Made by a program: the position numbers and the translations under genes. From contig JANRJK010000055.1 of assembly GCA_033764015.1 (NCBI GenBank), positions 120,441 to 184,440 of the forward strand: a stretch of DNA of 64,000 bases, written 5' to 3'. This document shows positions 44,934 through 54,672 of this stretch, one piece after another (within the stretch, counting starts at the first letter, position 1; every line of letters starts with the position of its first letter). The notes under the pieces are model-generated. The model did not search any database, was not told the origin of the DNA, and saw only the letters and a program-made list of their open reading frames with translations. Origin of the DNA: Candidatus Sumerlaeia bacterium. GTDB lineage: Bacteria > Sumerlaeota > Sumerlaeia > SLMS01 > JANRJK01.

Positions 44934-46878
44934 GCATCGCGCGCTCCAGCTCCCCCACGCGCTTCCGCCCGAAGAACTCCCCGGCGGCGCGATGCCACTC
45001 GGGCGAGCCCTCCGCCAAGCCCTCGCCGCCCCCCTCGGACCGCCACTGCGCCAGCAACTGCTCTTCCGCCCGGCGCAGCAGCTTCATCCGCTCGACACCC
45101 GCGGCGGCCGTGAACGGACGGGTCAGCGCCTGCCGCTGCGTCGCCTCCGCAAGCGTGGTGTAGAGCACGAGAGCGCGCTCGAACGCCTCTTCCGCCTCCG
45201 CGAACTGCCCGTTCCGGGCGAACACGATCCCCGCGTTGTAGGCGATGCCTTCGGACTCGCGGTCCAGCTCGACGGCGCGGCGCAGCGCAGTCGCCGCCCG
45301 CGGCCAATCCCGCGCCTCCCACGCGACCGCGCTCGTGAAGTGGACATCTCCCAGGAAGTTCCGCGTCAGGAAATCCTCCCGAGCGAACCGCCTGCTCCGC
45401 GGTTCCGGCAGCGGAATCTCGACCGGTTCCGGCGGGGGCGAACCTGCTGCCATCGCCACATAGTAGGGCCCCAGCGGCGCCCACTCCATCCCCCGCGGCA
45501 GCGGCGTGTCGGGCTGCGTCGAGAAGAGGCTCCCCGCCTCGACGGCATCGCCCGGCGCGACCCACGACTGCCCCGTGATCCCGCGATAGGCGAGCGACAC
45601 GTCGGGACGCACGCCCTCCACATGGCGGAGGTACATGAGAGGGAACAGCATGTTGTCTCCGCCGGCGACGAGGGTGGCCCCCTGCGGCAGGGATCCCAGC
45701 AGCGCGCGGTGGAAGCCCTCCAGCACCCGGTAGTCCGACTGGTTCCGCAGCACGGGCCCGGACAGCGCCATCGACGCCGGCACCGCCCAGAGCAGCGGGC
45801 GCAGCCGGACGGGGAGCACCTCGAACGCGCGCTCGACGCCGAAGGGCAGCAGCAGGAACAGCCCGGCGAAGGCGGGAAGGTAGTAGCGCGGCCACATGAA
45901 CAGATCGGCCCAGGACCCGTGCTTCGCCATCACGCCGAAGACGGCTACGGTTAGCAGGACAGGGAGGAGCACCGGCGCGCCGCGCCGGGCCGCCGCCGGG
46001 ATCCCCAGGAGCGCGAGCGGGAGCCCGATCCAGCCCAGCTCCCGCGTGGCCACCCCGGCCAGGTGCGCCGCCAGGATCGCCGCGTCGGCGGAGGAGCGGA
46101 GCCACGCCTTCACCCAGTAGCCGTCGCGCGAGAGCACCGCGAGGAAGTTGTCGAGCGTCTCCGGGTTCCCCCAGTCGAGCGGGGGATCCGCCGCGCTCGC
46201 GATCGGCAGGTAGGCGTAGAGCAGCAGCGGCGGAAAGAACGCCGCCATGGCGGCGGCGGATCGGCGCAGCCCCCCCCAGTCGCGCCCGCAATGCGCGAGG
46301 TTCGCCACCCCGACGCACGCGGTGGCGATCGCCGCGACGGTGTGGTTCGTGGTCCCGAGGCCCCCGAGCGCGTAGGCGAGCGCGAGCCAGCGCCAGCGCC
46401 CGCCGGAGCGCCAAACGCCGAAGGCGGCGAGCTGCGCGAGGATCACGAAGATGCTCAGCGTGTATACCCGCTGCGCGGTTGCCTCGCCCCAAAGCGTCGG
46501 CGAGGCGCCGAACAGCAGCGCCGCGAAGAGCGCCGGCGCCGCGGCGGCGCCCCAGCTCCGCGCCGCGACGTAGAGCGCCCCGGCCGCCAGCGCGCCGAAG
46601 AACGCGCTCATCAGCGACAGCTCGAACGCCACGTTCCCCAGCGGCAGCAGCAACTGCCACAGGTGGCCCACCAGCACATAGAGCGGATAGCCCGTCGGGT
46701 GCGGAACCCCGAGGACCGCGGCGGCGGTCGCCAGCTCCCCGCAGTCCCCCGCGTAGATCGTGCGCGAGGCGGTGAAACCGTAGAGGACCAGGAACGGCGC
46801 GGCGACATACAACGCCGCGGAGCGGAGGTCGGCCGCGGAAAGAGGTTCCGCGGGCTGCTGGTCGGTGGGATCGTTCAC
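44863..46878 (-). CDS. DUF2723/TMEM260-like membrane glycosyltransferase with C-terminal TPR
   Basis: YAGDCGELATAAAVLGVPHPTGYPLY, VYTL, YLPI...P.LDWG.P, GDNMLFPL; TPR helices at the C-terminus. Confidence 0.88.
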   Translation of the reverse strand: MNDPTDQQPAEPLSAADLRSAALYVAAPFLVLYGFTASRTIYAGDCGELATAAAVLGVPHPTGYPLYVLVGHLWQLLLPLGNVAFELSLMSAFFGALAAGALYVAARSWGAAAAPALFAALLFGASPTLWGEATAQRVYTLSIFVILAQLAAFGVWRSGGRWRWLALAYALGGLGTTNHTVAAIATACVGVANLAHCGRDWGGLRRSAAAMAAFFPPLLLYAYLPIASAADPPLDWGNPETLDNFLAVLSRDGYWVKAWLRSSADAAILAAHLAGVATRELGWIGLPLALLGIPAAARRGAPVLLPVLLTVAVFGVMAKHGSWADLFMWPRYYLPAFAGLFLLLPFGVERAFEVLPVRLRPLLWAVPASMALSGPVLRNQSDYRVLEGFHRALLGSLPQGATLVAGGDNMLFPLMYLRHVEGVRPDVSLAYRGITGQSWVAPGDAVEAGSLFSTQPDTPLPRGMEWAPLGPYYVAMAAGSPPPEPVEIPLPEPRSRRFAREDFLTRNFLGDVHFTSAVAWEARDWPRAATALRRAVELDRESEGIAYNAGIVFARNGQFAEAEEAFERALVLYTTLAEATQRQALTRPFTAAAGVERMKLLRRAEEQLLAQWRSEGGGEGLAEGSPEWHRAAGEFFGRKRVGELERAMLKRAELAEAGVPLSAPPPPPARW

Positions 46879-46928
46879 GGGGGGATTGTCGCCGGAGGGA
46901 GGGGCGCGGCAAGTCGATCCGGGGGGCG

Positions 46929-47672
46929 CTACGCGGTCGCAAGCACGACGAGGCGCTTCGCGTCGTGGTCGTAGGGGGCCCCCTCGAGGCTGCCGAAGGC
47001 GCGGACCTCGCCGAAGCCCGCCGCGCGGAGTAGCGCCAGCAACTCGGTCGCCGAGTAGATCCGGTGCTCGAGCGTCAGTTCGTGGCGCTCTGAGCCGTTG
47101 AGCACCGTCCACCGCGCCGTCATCCAGTCCCAGCCATCGCGCACCACCCGCTCCTCGATCAGCACGGCGCCGCCCTCGCGGACCCAATCGCGCGCCCGGA
47201 AGGTGCGGGCGAGCACCTCCTTGCCGACGAGTTCCATCAGGAGCCGCCCCCCCGGGCGGAGCGAGCGGTGGAAACCGCGCGCCGCCTCGAGGTCCTCGGC
47301 GGGATCCTCGAAGTAGCCGAAGGACGTGAACATGTTGAGGACGGCGTCGAAGGCGCCGGGGCGGCGAAAGGTCCGGAGGTCGCCCTCGAGCAGTTCGACT
47401 TCCACGCCGGCTTCCGCGGCGTGCTGGCGGGCCTTATCGAGCAGTGGCCGCGTCCGGTCGACGCCGGTCACGCGGAACCCGCGCCGCGCAAGCGGCACCG
47501 AGTGGCGGCCGGGGCCGCACGGGATGTCGAGGATCGAGGCCCCGGGCGGGAGGTCGAGCAGCCGGAGCGCAGCGTCCACTTCACCTTCGGCGCGCGCGAA
47601 CGCCCGGGGTCCGAAGGTGATCGGATACACCGCCAGCCAGAAGGAATCGTCGGCGTGCCACGGCTTGTCCAT
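46929..47672 (-). CDS. Class I SAM-dependent methyltransferase
   Basis: LDIPCGPGRH, TGVD, FDAVLNMFTSFGY, LRPGGRLL. Confidence 0.93.
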   Translation of the reverse strand: MDKPWHADDSFWLAVYPITFGPRAFARAEGEVDAALRLLDLPPGASILDIPCGPGRHSVPLARRGFRVTGVDRTRPLLDKARQHAAEAGVEVELLEGDLRTFRRPGAFDAVLNMFTSFGYFEDPAEDLEAARGFHRSLRPGGRLLMELVGKEVLARTFRARDWVREGGAVLIEERVVRDGWDWMTARWTVLNGSERHELTLEHRIYSATELLALLRAAGFGEVRAFGSLEGAPYDHDAKRLVVLATA

Positions 47673-47693
47673 GGTCACAGGCTTCCGCCCGGA

Positions 47694-48245
47694 TCAGCTC
47701 GGCTTGCCGGCGCGCTCGTTCTCGAGGCTGCGCTCGAGGCAGTCGATCATCGGCTGGAACTCGAGACGGTTGTTCTCGTCCAGCTCGACCAGGTTCTGGT
47801 GCGCCCGGAGCACCAGGCAGATGTGGTCGATCCTGCTCATCGGCCCTGCGGCGTGGGCTTCGAGCGTGCCCTCGGCCCGCTTGATCGCGCCGTTCGTGTA
47901 GGTGTCCGAGCAGTCGCGGGCCTCGACCATGTTCAGCAACCCGAGCGTGCGCAGGTTGCGGTGCACCTTTTCGGAGGGGTTCACGAGGACCGGCTTGCCG
48001 ACCCTCGCGCGCATCTGGTCGATCGCGATGTCGCTCAGGACGCCGAGAAACGTCGAATCGAGCATGTCCGCCGCGGTGACGTCGATGATGAACCGGTAGC
48101 CGCCCCCGCGCCGCTCCAGCAGCTCGGCGAAGCTGCGCAGCGCCGGCGCGTTGAACATGTTGCCGCGGCCCGAAAGCCGCACCACGGCGATGCGCTCGTC
48201 CTTCAGGGTCGTGCACAGGATGTCGGGGCCCGAAGAACCGTTCAT
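47694..48245 (-). CDS. STAS domain anti-sigma factor antagonist
   Basis: RLSGRG, IIDV...MLDSTFLG (phosphorylatable Ser motif), LRTLGL. Confidence 0.85.
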   Translation of the reverse strand: MNGSSGPDILCTTLKDERIAVVRLSGRGNMFNAPALRSFAELLERRGGGYRFIIDVTAADMLDSTFLGVLSDIAIDQMRARVGKPVLVNPSEKVHRNLRTLGLLNMVEARDCSDTYTNGAIKRAEGTLEAHAAGPMSRIDHICLVLRAHQNLVELDENNRLEFQPMIDCLERSLENERAGKPS

Positions 48246-48627
48246 GGGCGACTCCGCCTTCGGCTGGCAGTGCGCAAAGCGTGGGGGAGGCAGCTTGGTT
48301 GCGATCATGAACGCTGGTCTGGTCCCCGATGGAACAGGAAGTCAAAAACAAAGGGGCGTATCGGGAACGGAACCGGAGCCTAAAGGGGTTTACCACGACC
48401 GCATGTGGACCATTGCAGCCCTACGCACCCCGACCTGCAAGGACAAGGCCGGTTTGGCCAATAGTGGAAAAAGCCCCGCGCAACCCCTTTCCGTCCGTCC
48501 GGGAACTCCCCGATGGGAAAAAACCTTCCCGCGTTTCCAACCGGAACGGGCGGGGGGACACTAATGGGGCGAACGGTGGCCCGGGACCTTCGGGGCGGGC
48601 GCCGGTTCGGAAAGCGGACGGCAGACC

Positions 48628-49269
48628 ATGGGTAGTGATTCCGCGACGAAGCAGACGGAGGCGCTCCACCGCAAGGCCCTGCAAGGGGACGCGGAGGCGT
48701 TCTGGAAGCTCGTCAAACCGCACGAAAGGACGATCTTCGCCGTGGCGCTCGGGGTCCTGCGGGACCCGGAACGGGCGGAGGACGTGCTGCACGACACGTT
48801 CCTGAGGGCGTTCTCGTCGCTCGGGAACCTGAAGTCCGAGACCCGGCTTTCGAGCTGGCTGTACGGCATGGCGCGCAACGTCGCCCACGAGCACCTCCGC
48901 AAGGCGGTGCGACAGGAGAAGACGGTGGCGGCGATGCCGGCCCGGCCCGAAGTGGTGCCGGTGACCGCGATGCTGATGGAGGAGGAGCGCATGAAGCAGC
49001 TCGACGCCTGCCTCGACGCCCTCCCGGAGCAGCACCGCATCGTCCTCGGGCTCAAGTACATGCAGAACCTCTCGTGCAAGGAGATCGCGGACACGCTCGG
49101 GATCGGCCTGGAAGCGGCGAAGTCGCGCCTCTTCGAAGCACGCAAAGCGCTCCACGCAAGGATGAAGGCCGCCGAACACCAGGCCGCCACAGCTCCCGCG
49201 CCTTCCGCGCGCGGTGTCCAGACAGGAGCTTCCGGCAACGCCGGAGCCCAAGGCAGGTTGGGAACATGA
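48628..49269 (+). CDS. ECF RNA polymerase sigma factor
   Basis: GDAEAF..LV, AEDVLHDTFLRA, SWLYGMARN region 2; LPEQHRIV...LSCKEIADTLG...KSRLFEAR region 4. Confidence 0.95.
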   Translation: MGSDSATKQTEALHRKALQGDAEAFWKLVKPHERTIFAVALGVLRDPERAEDVLHDTFLRAFSSLGNLKSETRLSSWLYGMARNVAHEHLRKAVRQEKTVAAMPARPEVVPVTAMLMEEERMKQLDACLDALPEQHRIVLGLKYMQNLSCKEIADTLGIGLEAAKSRLFEARKALHARMKAAEHQAATAPAPSARGVQTGASGNAGAQGRLGT

Positions 49270-51815
49270 AGGACACGCAAGCACAGGCTAACTTGGAAGA
49301 CCGCATCCTCGCGCAGCTCGACGGCATGTTGTCGCCGGAGGAGGAGCGCTCCCTCTTCGCCGAAATCGAGGCGGACCCGGAGCGCCGCAAGCTGTACGAC
49401 TCCTACCGCGAGCAGGAGGTCGCGTTGGAGGCGTACTTCGCCGGCAAGGCGAAGCGCCTCGACGCCATCGCACCCCCGGACCTCTCCCGCGAGGCGCCCG
49501 CCGCCCGCGCCGCCGTGGTACCGGTCGGCAACCCCCGCAACCGCCAGGCGCTGCGCTTCCTCGCCGCCGCCGCCGCGGTCGCGCTCATGGCCACCGGTGG
49601 CGCCGTGGTCTGGAACCGCATGGACAAGAACCCCTACGGACAGGTGCTGGCCTCCAGCGGCCACGCCCAGATGGTCCTCGGCGGCGGCGGCGGCATGGCG
49701 TCGCTCCGCGCCGAGGACACCGTGACCCGCGAGGCGCGGCGCCTCAAGACGACCGGCCGCAGCTCGCTCTCCGTCGAACTCGCCCGCGGCGCCGGCACGC
49801 TCGACCTCGAGTCGGACACGGCCGTGTCGCTCTCGCGGGCGGCGCGCGCCACGTCGCTCGAACTCGAGCGCGGCTCGGTGTTCTACGCCGCCGGCGACGA
49901 GCCCGCCGTGCTCCGCACGCCCGAGCTCGAGGTCCGCGCCCGCGGCGGCAGGGTCAGCGTCGTCCGCGGCATCCGCGGCTCCGAGGTCGCGGTGCTCGAC
50001 GGCGAGGCGGAGGTGTTCTCCCAGGGCACCCGCAAGACGCTCCGCGCCGGGCAGGCCTTCAGCAGCATCGGCGCCGAGCCGGTGCCGGTCGCCTGGCCCG
50101 CGCAGCGCGAGCCGATGGAAGTCGCCGCGGCCCCGGCGCGGGCGACCTCCGCGGCGACCCCGACCGCCGAGCCCGCGGAGCAGGCCCCCGCGTACTCGAC
50201 GGCGACCACCGGCCCTATCGGCTCGCCCGCCCTCGCGACGACGAGCTGGTACATGCCGGGCGGCACGGAGCTCCTGATCGAAATCCCCAGCATCTCCGCG
50301 CTCCTCGGCCCCCACGGCCTCTCGAGCCCCGCCGACCTGCTCGACGTCCAGGCGATCGTCGACGCGCTCGACACCGCCGGCGTGGATCCGGAGGTGCGCG
50401 CGGAGTTCGACGAGGTGCGCGCGGAGGTCGAGCAGGTGCTCGCCGATCCCGACCTGCGGACCGTCGCGGGCGCCATGACGGGCTCGCTCAGCATCGGCCT
50501 CACGAAGGACGGCCCCGTTGCGGCGGTCGGGCTCCAAGGCTCGAACGCGCTCGCCGCGGAGCAGGTCGTGCGCGAGCGCTTCCTGCCGATGCTCGGCACG
50601 GCCTCGCTGCTGCCGAACGGGCCGCGGCTCACGGCGCAGCGCGGCGTGGCGATGGCGGGCGTTGGCGGCGCGGCCTGGAGCGAGGCGCTCGCCGCGCTCT
50701 CCTCCGGCACCGTCACCTCCTTCACGCGCTCCCGCTTCCACGACGAGGTGCGCTCCATGACGCCCGGGAGCGGCTTCACGGTGGCGGTGGACTTCGCCTC
50801 CGCGCTGGAGCGCTCGCACCCCGAAGGCACCCCGGAGCGCCGCAAGCTCGACCTGCTCGGCTTCGGCAACCTCCGCACGCTGATCGCCTCGAACAGCTTC
50901 GGCGACCAGGCGCGCAACCAGGCGATGCGCCTCACCTTCGACGGCGAGCGCGCCGGCGTGATGGGCTGGCTCCGCGAGCCGGGCGCCATGGGCGGGCTCC
51001 GCTACTTCTCGCCCGACGCCCACGTGATCGGCGCGATGAAGATCGAGCGCCCCGTCAACATGCTCCACCAGATGTACGCCTTCGCGGCGTCGGAGCGGCC
51101 GGGCATGCCCGATCCGCGCGGCGACGAGGTGACGGCGGCGCTCGAGCGCATCGCCGCCACGCTCGGCGGCGAGGTCGCCTTCGGCCTCGACAATCCCGTC
51201 GCTCCGCTGCCGAACGCCAAGCTCGCGTTCGAGGTGGTCGACCCCGCAGGCTTCCACGAGGGGATGGTCGGGCTCTTCGAGCTGGTCTGGGCGCGCGACG
51301 GCGGCTCCGTCGAGGTCGCGACGGACACCCACCGCGGCCACCTGATCGTCGAAGCGAAGCTCTCCGGAGTGCCCTTCGCCATCAGCTACGCGCTGATCGA
51401 GGACTTCGTGGTCTTCGCCCCGGGCCGCAACTTCACCCGCGCGACGATCGACCTGGTGGAGGACAACCGCTCCATCGACCGCGAGTACGCCTTCACGCAG
51501 GCGCTCCCGGCGAGTAGCGGCTCGCACGCCTCGGCGCTGCTCTACGTCAAGACCGCGGGCATGGAGGCCATCGGCCAGACGCTCGCGGCCCTCGGCCAGG
51601 GCGCGCAGCAGGAGGGCGACGGCGGCGAGGGCTTCCAGCTCGACCTCGCGGCCCTGTCGCAGGTGGACCTGGACACGACGAAGGGCGACGCCGCGGTGAT
51701 GTACGCGGTGGCCCGCCCGGATTCCATCGACGTCTTCATCGACGGCGTTAAGGTTGGCGACTACCGGATGGCAGGGGTGCTCCCGGCGGTCTACGACATG
51801 GTGACCCAACCGTAA
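49266..51815 (+). CDS. Large anti-sigma factor: N-terminal anti-sigma domain, TM, FecR-like domain and long extracytoplasmic C-terminal region
   Basis: ATGA overlap with the sigma stop; LDGMLSPEE...ADPE N-terminus; TM FLAAAAAVALMATGGAVVW; FecR-like LELERGSV...LRTPELEVRARG...VAVLDGEAEV. Confidence 0.8.
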   Translation: MKDTQAQANLEDRILAQLDGMLSPEEERSLFAEIEADPERRKLYDSYREQEVALEAYFAGKAKRLDAIAPPDLSREAPAARAAVVPVGNPRNRQALRFLAAAAAVALMATGGAVVWNRMDKNPYGQVLASSGHAQMVLGGGGGMASLRAEDTVTREARRLKTTGRSSLSVELARGAGTLDLESDTAVSLSRAARATSLELERGSVFYAAGDEPAVLRTPELEVRARGGRVSVVRGIRGSEVAVLDGEAEVFSQGTRKTLRAGQAFSSIGAEPVPVAWPAQREPMEVAAAPARATSAATPTAEPAEQAPAYSTATTGPIGSPALATTSWYMPGGTELLIEIPSISALLGPHGLSSPADLLDVQAIVDALDTAGVDPEVRAEFDEVRAEVEQVLADPDLRTVAGAMTGSLSIGLTKDGPVAAVGLQGSNALAAEQVVRERFLPMLGTASLLPNGPRLTAQRGVAMAGVGGAAWSEALAALSSGTVTSFTRSRFHDEVRSMTPGSGFTVAVDFASALERSHPEGTPERRKLDLLGFGNLRTLIASNSFGDQARNQAMRLTFDGERAGVMGWLREPGAMGGLRYFSPDAHVIGAMKIERPVNMLHQMYAFAASERPGMPDPRGDEVTAALERIAATLGGEVAFGLDNPVAPLPNAKLAFEVVDPAGFHEGMVGLFELVWARDGGSVEVATDTHRGHLIVEAKLSGVPFAISYALIEDFVVFAPGRNFTRATIDLVEDNRSIDREYAFTQALPASSGSHASALLYVKTAGMEAIGQTLAALGQGAQQEGDGGEGFQLDLAALSQVDLDTTKGDAAVMYAVARPDSIDVFIDGVKVGDYRMAGVLPAVYDMVTQP

Positions 51816-51904
51816 ACGCCGCACGCAGGCCGGCGCAGCGCGGGGGGCCGTCGGGGATGGCGGCCCCCCGCCAGCCGCATTCCATCCGGCAAGGAGACGC
51901 GAAG

Positions 51905-52843
51905 GTGTTCGTCGAACTGGAGAACCTCACGGTCCGCTACGGGCGCCGCACGGTGCTCGAAGGCATGACCGCCACGCTCGCGGGGAAGTGCATCGGCCTC
52001 CTCGGGCCCAACGGCGCCGGCAAGTCCACGCTGATCCGCACGCTCCTCGGCTTCGTCAAGCCCGCCGCGGGCCGCGCCCGCGTCCTCGGCATCGACGTCT
52101 CGCAGGACCCGCTCGCGATCCGCCAGCAGGTCGGCTACATGCCCGAGCACGAATCCTACATCCACGGCCTCAGCGCGGTCCGCCAGCTCCGCTACGTCGG
52201 CGAGCTCTCCGGCCTCCCGCACCGCGCCGCCATGGAGCGCGCGCACGAAATGCTCAACTTCGTCGGCCTCGGCGAGGAGCGCTACCGCCCCGTCGAAACG
52301 CTCTCGCTCGGCAACCAGCAGCGCGTGAAGCTCGCCCAGTCCCTCGTCCACGGCCCGCGGCTCCTCATCCTCGACGAGCCCACCAACGCGCTCGACCCCG
52401 AGGGCCGCCAGGAGATGCTCCACCTCGTCCGCGACGTCGGCCGCATCTCCGGCTCCCACGTCATCATGTGCTCCCACATCCTCAACGACATCGAGTTCTG
52501 CTGCGACAGCGTCTGCGTGATCAACAAAGGGCGAGTCGCGCTCAACGGCGTGATCGCGGAGCTGAAGAAGGAGGACCGCCGCACCTACGACCTCCGTATC
52601 GAGGGCGACTCGGAGCGCTTCCTCGGCGCGGTCGCCGCCCGCGGCTGGGTCTGCTCGGGGAACGACCGCGGCGACATCCGCGTGCAGCTCCCGGACCGCG
52701 ACGACGCCCGCTCGATCTTCGCCGTCGCCCGCGAGGCCGACGTCCAGCTCCGCCATTTCCACTACAAGCAGGACACGCTCGAGGACATCTTCATGAACGC
52801 ACTCGAAGAATCCCGCGGGAGCGCCGCCAATGCCGGTACGTGA
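51905..52843 (+). CDS. ABC transporter ATP-binding protein (ABC-2 type)
   Basis: GPNGAGKST, LSLGNQQR, ILDEPT, SH switch; GTG start after AAGGAG. Confidence 0.93.
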   Translation: MFVELENLTVRYGRRTVLEGMTATLAGKCIGLLGPNGAGKSTLIRTLLGFVKPAAGRARVLGIDVSQDPLAIRQQVGYMPEHESYIHGLSAVRQLRYVGELSGLPHRAAMERAHEMLNFVGLGEERYRPVETLSLGNQQRVKLAQSLVHGPRLLILDEPTNALDPEGRQEMLHLVRDVGRISGSHVIMCSHILNDIEFCCDSVCVINKGRVALNGVIAELKKEDRRTYDLRIEGDSERFLGAVAARGWVCSGNDRGDIRVQLPDRDDARSIFAVAREADVQLRHFHYKQDTLEDIFMNALEESRGSAANAGT

Positions 52844-53711
52844 GATCCGCTACGAACTCTACGCCGGCGAGCTCGAACCCCGCTGGGTGCGCTTCTTCGC
52901 CATCCCGCGCTTCTCGCTCCAGGCGGTCTGGAGCAAGTGGCTCACCACCGCCCTGCTCGGATTCGGCTCGCTCCAGCTCGTCCTCTACACCGGCTACCTC
53001 TACGTCGTGAACACGCCGGTGCTGAAGGACCTGCTCGGGCTCGGCAACGCGAACCTGGTGCTCGGGACGGACCGGCTGTTCCAGTCCTTCCTCTTCGTGC
53101 AGAGCTTCATCGCGCTGGGCGTGATCCTCGGCGCGGGCCCGAAGCTGCTCAGCCCCGAGCTGCGGCACCACGCGCTCTCGATCATCTTCAGCCGCCCCAT
53201 CTCCCGCGCCACGTACTTCGCCGGCAAGGTGGTCGCCATCGGATCGCTCATGACGCTGCTGACGCTGGTGCAGACCACGCTGCTCTTCGTCGTCATGATC
53301 GCGGTGAACCCGCCCGGCAGCGCGTTCCGCGCCGAGTTCTTCTCCGCGTCGGTGCCCGCCTACCTCTCGGCGATGGTCTACGCCGCGATGGTGACCGCGC
53401 TGTACGGCCTGGTGCCGCTGGCGGCCTCGGCGGCCACCGCGAACGCGCAGCGCGCCGCCGGGATCATCGTCGCGATCATCTTCGGCTCCAGCGCGGCGGG
53501 GCGGATCCTCGCCGAAACGCTCGACATCCCCACCCTCGAGGCGCTCGGCATCGTACCGCTCCTGCGCAACGCCGGGACGGCGCTGCTCCGCGGGACGTCC
53601 GAGTCGGACCTCTCGCCCGCGGCGATGGCGCTCTCCTTCTTCGCCTGGTGCGGCGCTCTCGGCTGGTTCACCTACCGCCGGCTCCGGCCGGTCGACATCT
53701 TCGAGGAGTGA
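52830..53711 (+). CDS. ABC-2 type permease
   Basis: About 6 TMs, FSRPISRATYFAGK motif; overlaps the ATPase stop. Confidence 0.85.
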   Translation: MPVREIRYELYAGELEPRWVRFFAIPRFSLQAVWSKWLTTALLGFGSLQLVLYTGYLYVVNTPVLKDLLGLGNANLVLGTDRLFQSFLFVQSFIALGVILGAGPKLLSPELRHHALSIIFSRPISRATYFAGKVVAIGSLMTLLTLVQTTLLFVVMIAVNPPGSAFRAEFFSASVPAYLSAMVYAAMVTALYGLVPLAASAATANAQRAAGIIVAIIFGSSAAGRILAETLDIPTLEALGIVPLLRNAGTALLRGTSESDLSPAAMALSFFAWCGALGWFTYRRLRPVDIFEE

Positions 53712-53715
53712 GGCC

Positions 53716-54672
53716 ATGAGCGCACCGGCACTGGTCGAACTCGACAACGTCTCCCGCTGGTACGGCGAGGTGATCGGCGTGAACCGCATCAGCGTGGTGC
53801 TGCGCCCCGGCATCACCGGGCTGCTCGGCCCCAACGGCGCGGGGAAGTCCACCCTCATGAACGTGGTCGCGGGGATGCTCTCGCCGAGCAGCGGCACGGT
53901 CCGCGTGCTGGGGCAGGACAGCTTCGCGAACCCCGCGGTGGCCGCGCGGCTGGGCTACTGCATGCAGAGCGACGCCTTCTACGAGCGCTTCACCGGCATC
54001 GAGTTCATCGAAAGCCTCCTGCTGCTGCGCGGCTGGATGCGCTCGCGCGCCCGCGCCTCCGCGGCGCACGCGCTGACGCTCCTCGGCATGGCGGAGAACA
54101 TGGACCGCAAGATCCAGACGTACTCCAAGGGCATGCGCCAGCGCACCAAGGTGGCGCTCGCCGTCGCCCACAACCCCGACATCCTGGTGCTCGACGAGCC
54201 GCTCAACGGCCTCGACGCGCTCGGGCGCCACGAGATGGTCGAGCTGGTCCGCCGCTGGGGCGCCGAGGGGCGCAACGTCCTCATCAGCAGCCACGTGCTG
54301 CACGAGATCGAGGCGATGACCAACAACATCCTCATGCTGCAGGGCGGCTACCTGCTGGCCGAGGGCGACGTGCGCGAGGTGCGCTCCGCGCTCAAGCACC
54401 ATCCGCTCCGCGTCTTCCTCCGCACCACCGAGCCGCGCCGCGCCGCGGCGTTCCTCCTCGAACAACCAGAAACGCTCAGCGTCCGCGTCGAAGACGCCGA
54501 CCACGCCCTTTTCCTGGAGACCCGCGACTATGCAGCCTTCCACGATGCCCTCCAGCGCTTCGTCCTCGACGCAGGCGGCGACGTCTCCCTCGTCACGGTG
54601 GCCGATGAAAACATCTCCAGCATCTTCGACTACCTCGCCGGGAACCGCGGAGGAAACCGTGGACCGGGCTGA
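53716..54672 (+). CDS. ABC transporter ATP-binding protein (ABC-2 type)
   Basis: GPNGAGKST, YSKGMRQR, VLDEPLNGLD, SSH. Confidence 0.93.
   Translation: MSAPALVELDNVSRWYGEVIGVNRISVVLRPGITGLLGPNGAGKSTLMNVVAGMLSPSSGTVRVLGQDSFANPAVAARLGYCMQSDAFYERFTGIEFIESLLLLRGWMRSRARASAAHALTLLGMAENMDRKIQTYSKGMRQRTKVALAVAHNPDILVLDEPLNGLDALGRHEMVELVRRWGAEGRNVLISSHVLHEIEAMTNNILMLQGGYLLAEGDVREVRSALKHHPLRVFLRTTEPRRAAAFLLEQPETLSVRVEDADHALFLETRDYAAFHDALQRFVLDAGGDVSLVTVADENISSIFDYLAGNRGGNRGPG

Noticed and set aside
48479..48565. Specific ECF autoregulatory promoter
   Set aside because: Several AAC-containing candidates (GCAACC, GGAACT, CCAACC, GGAAC) exist but none can be singled out without comparative data.
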